A DNA stretch of 32,000 bases from sequence record MT374852.1; one strand, 5' to 3'. The notes under the pieces are model-generated. The model worked only from the letters and a program-made list of their open reading frames with translations, made no database searches and was not told where the DNA came from. The stretch's first letter is position 1, and the number at the start of each line of letters is the position of its first letter. Shown here piece after piece: positions 28,594 to 32,000 of the stretch. The position numbers and the translations under genes were made by a program. Source of the stretch: Yersinia phage vB_YpM_3.

Positions 28594-29251
28594 GTATGAA
28601 GGCCAGATTGTTGGCTATGGTTCAAAGGAGCTGCGCGTTGAAACCATATCCTGCTGGCTGGCCCGCACAATTATTCAGACAAAGCACTATTCCCGCCGTT
28701 TTGTGAATAACTCTTACCTCCACTTGGGAGTATTCAGCGGACGCGATCTGGTTGGCGTTCTCCAGTGGGGATATGCCCTTAACCCCAACTCTGGTCGTCG
28801 TGTCGTGCTTGAAACGGATAACAGGGGCTATATGGAGTTGAACCGCATGTGGCTACACGACGACATGCCCCGCAACTCTGAATCACGGGCCATCAGTTAT
28901 GCACTGAAAACCATAAGGTTACTGTATCCGTCAGTGGAGTGGGTTCAGTCTTTTGCAGACGAACGCTGCGGACGTGCTGGCGTTGTGTATCAGGCGTCAA
29001 ATTTTGATTTTATTGGCAGCCATGAAAGCACGTTCTACGAGCTGGATGGTGAGTGGTATCACGAGATAACGATGAACGCAATTAAGCGCGGTGGACAACG
29101 AGGCGTGTATTTACGGGCTAATAAAGAGCGTGCCGTGGTGCACAAATTTAATCAGTATCGCTACATCAGGTTCCTGAACAAGCGAGCAAGGAAGCGGCTA
29201 AATACCAAACTATTCAGGATTCAGCCATACCCAAAAAGCAGTTCTGATTAG
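28514..29251 (+). CDS. mom: Mom DNA-adenine modification protein
   Basis: [67 protein letters not shown]; overlaps com by 80 bp. Confidence 0.95.
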   Translation: MPASIPRRNIVGKEKKSRILTKPCVIEYEGQIVGYGSKELRVETISCWLARTIIQTKHYSRRFVNNSYLHLGVFSGRDLVGVLQWGYALNPNSGRRVVLETDNRGYMELNRMWLHDDMPRNSESRAISYALKTIRLLYPSVEWVQSFADERCGRAGVVYQASNFDFIGSHESTFYELDGEWYHEITMNAIKRGGQRGVYLRANKERAVVHKFNQYRYIRFLNKRARKRLNTKLFRIQPYPKSSSD

Positions 29252-29295
29252 TATCATATAAATTTATGTATTTACTCACATACGGAGCATATTAG

Positions 29296-29742
29296 ATGAA
29301 AAAATCAAAATTGCTAATCAGTACCATCATCAGCCTATTCGTACTAACCGCCTCCTCAGTCAATCACGCTCAAGAAAAAGATTTTGATCCTGAAGTGGCT
29401 GCTGATGCAGTCTTAAGGTCCGCCGGGATAGATCCAGATAAGAGTGTTGCAAATAAAGCCCCTGCCTCTGGTTTTTGGACCTGCCACGGTATTCGTATGC
29501 ATATGGGCGTTGATATGGGATCATGGACAGACCTTGATACAGGTGAGCTATACACTCAGATAGAAACAGGCCAAATTGACGAACAAGACAAGGATGAAAA
29601 GATTAAAGGGACTGATTATCTCTATGCTTTGACTAGAAATCCTGCGGTTATAAAGTATTTTATCGTTGATAAATCAGGAAAAAATCTTTATATCCGAGAT
29701 GATGTGAATATTTTTAAGACATATAAATGTAAACGAAACTGA
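29296..29742 (+). CDS. predicted secreted protein of unknown function, candidate moron/lysogenic conversion gene
   Basis: 148 aa; [25 protein letters not shown]|QE signal peptide; GGAG ribosome-binding site before ATG; A+T-rich relative to the phage backbone; Cys63 and Cys145. Confidence 0.8.
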   Translation: MKKSKLLISTIISLFVLTASSVNHAQEKDFDPEVAADAVLRSAGIDPDKSVANKAPASGFWTCHGIRMHMGVDMGSWTDLDTGELYTQIETGQIDEQDKDEKIKGTDYLYALTRNPAVIKYFIVDKSGKNLYIRDDVNIFKTYKCKRN

Positions 29743-29757
29743 CATACATAAAACAAC

Positions 29758-29779
29758 TGTCTCAATTGAAGCGCGAAAG
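29758..29779 (+). promoter_or_regulatory. candidate third MuA-binding site near the right end, orientation opposite to R1/R2
   Basis: TGTCTCAATTGAAGCGCGAAAG against YGTTTCAYTNNAARYRCGAAAR (two mismatches by eye). Confidence 0.5.
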
Positions 29780-29785
29780 TTTGAG

Positions 29786-29807
29786 TTTTCGTATTTTATT
29801 TGAAACG
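29786..29807 (-). promoter_or_regulatory. MuA-binding site R2
   Basis: Reverse complement CGTTTCAAATAAAATACGAAAA, bp 28-49 from the phage end, close to consensus YGTTTCAYTNNAARYRCGAAAR. Confidence 0.85.
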
Positions 29808-29829
29808 CTTTCGCGCTTTTCGTGCGCCG
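29808..29829 (-). promoter_or_regulatory. MuA-binding site R1
   Basis: Reverse complement CGGCGCACGAAAAGCGCGAAAG, bp 6-27 from the phage end, adjoining R2 as in Mu. Confidence 0.85.
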
Positions 29830-29834
29830 CTTCA

Positions 29835-30125
29835 CTGGGGTATCGGATTTTTAGCGATGAGAATGACAAAATGAATCTCAACGTCCAGCAAGCTGGGGGC
29901 AGTGTGCTGGTGGTTTCGCAATTTACCTTGGTTGCTGATACTCAAAAGGGCATGAGACCCAGTTTTTCTCGTGGTGCGATCCCGCAAGAAGCTGACCGGC
30001 TTTATCAGTATTTTGTTGCTCAGTGCCGTGAGCGTGGTGTAAAAACGGAAACAGGGCTTTTTGCAGCAGATATGAAAGTTAGCTTGGTAAACGATGGTCC
30101 GGTAACTTTCTGGTTGCAAGTCTAG
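29835..30125 (+). pseudogene. dtd: 3' fragment of dtd (D-aminoacyl-tRNA deacylase), separated from its 5' part by the prophage
   Basis: [47 protein letters not shown]...[11 protein letters not shown] starts immediately after the phage end; corresponds to about residues 50-145 of E. coli Dtd. Confidence 0.93.
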
Positions 30126-30132
30126 AGATGAA

Positions 30133-32000
<1,868 letters not shown>

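Larger units (their letters stand above)
1..29834 (+). mobile_element. Mu-like transposable prophage, right-hand part (left end lies outside the window)
   Basis: Collinear Mu order gemA-mor-C-lys-Rz/Rz1-gp24..gp50-G segment-gin-com-mom, ending in a Mu-type terminus ...CGCTTTCGCGCTTTTCGTGCGCCGCTTCA that directly interrupts a dtd reading frame. Confidence 0.97.

Noticed and set aside
349-29555. Many minus-strand ORFs of 60-365 aa in the track (for example 11618..12715, 13482..14327, 18107..18667, 21469..22089)
   Set aside because: They are antisense to well-recognised Mu structural genes, lack family-like sequence, and are explained by the G+C-rich coding bias of the sense genes.
29766-29834. 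Start of a chimeric phage-dtd gene at TTG29766
   Set aside because: No clear ribosome-binding site, TTG start, and the sequence is the MuA-binding end; treated as a chance open frame.

Overview
This window is the right-hand part of a Mu-type transposable prophage, from the end of the early region to the right phage end, followed by host DNA. Module order matches phage Mu: early genes, gemA, mor, C, lysis (SAR endolysin, nested spanins, gp24-26), terminase/portal/head (gp27-gp37), tail sheath, tube and chaperone with a candidate -2 frameshift, tape measure, baseplate, the invertible G segment (S/U versus S'/U' bounded by gix sites), gin, com-mom, then an extra small secreted-protein gene, and the phage right end at about 29834. 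The right end abuts codon 50 of dtd (D-aminoacyl-tRNA deacylase), whose 5' part is absent from this window. An IS21-family element that I recognise as IS100-like (istB, istA) starts 7 bp after the dtd stop codon. This looks like Yersinia DNA, but that host call is from memory. Most of the window is well-known Mu biology, and I do not see a wholly new system. The least explained item is the A+T-rich gene at 29296..29742 between mom and the right end (signal peptide, two cysteines in the mature protein). Other items worth a look are a possible 12-residue Gin extension into the mom promoter, the arrangement of MuA sites at the right end, and a 39-aa membrane ORF absent from the supplied ORF track. 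All family assignments are from reading the sequence and from memory; no database was searched.
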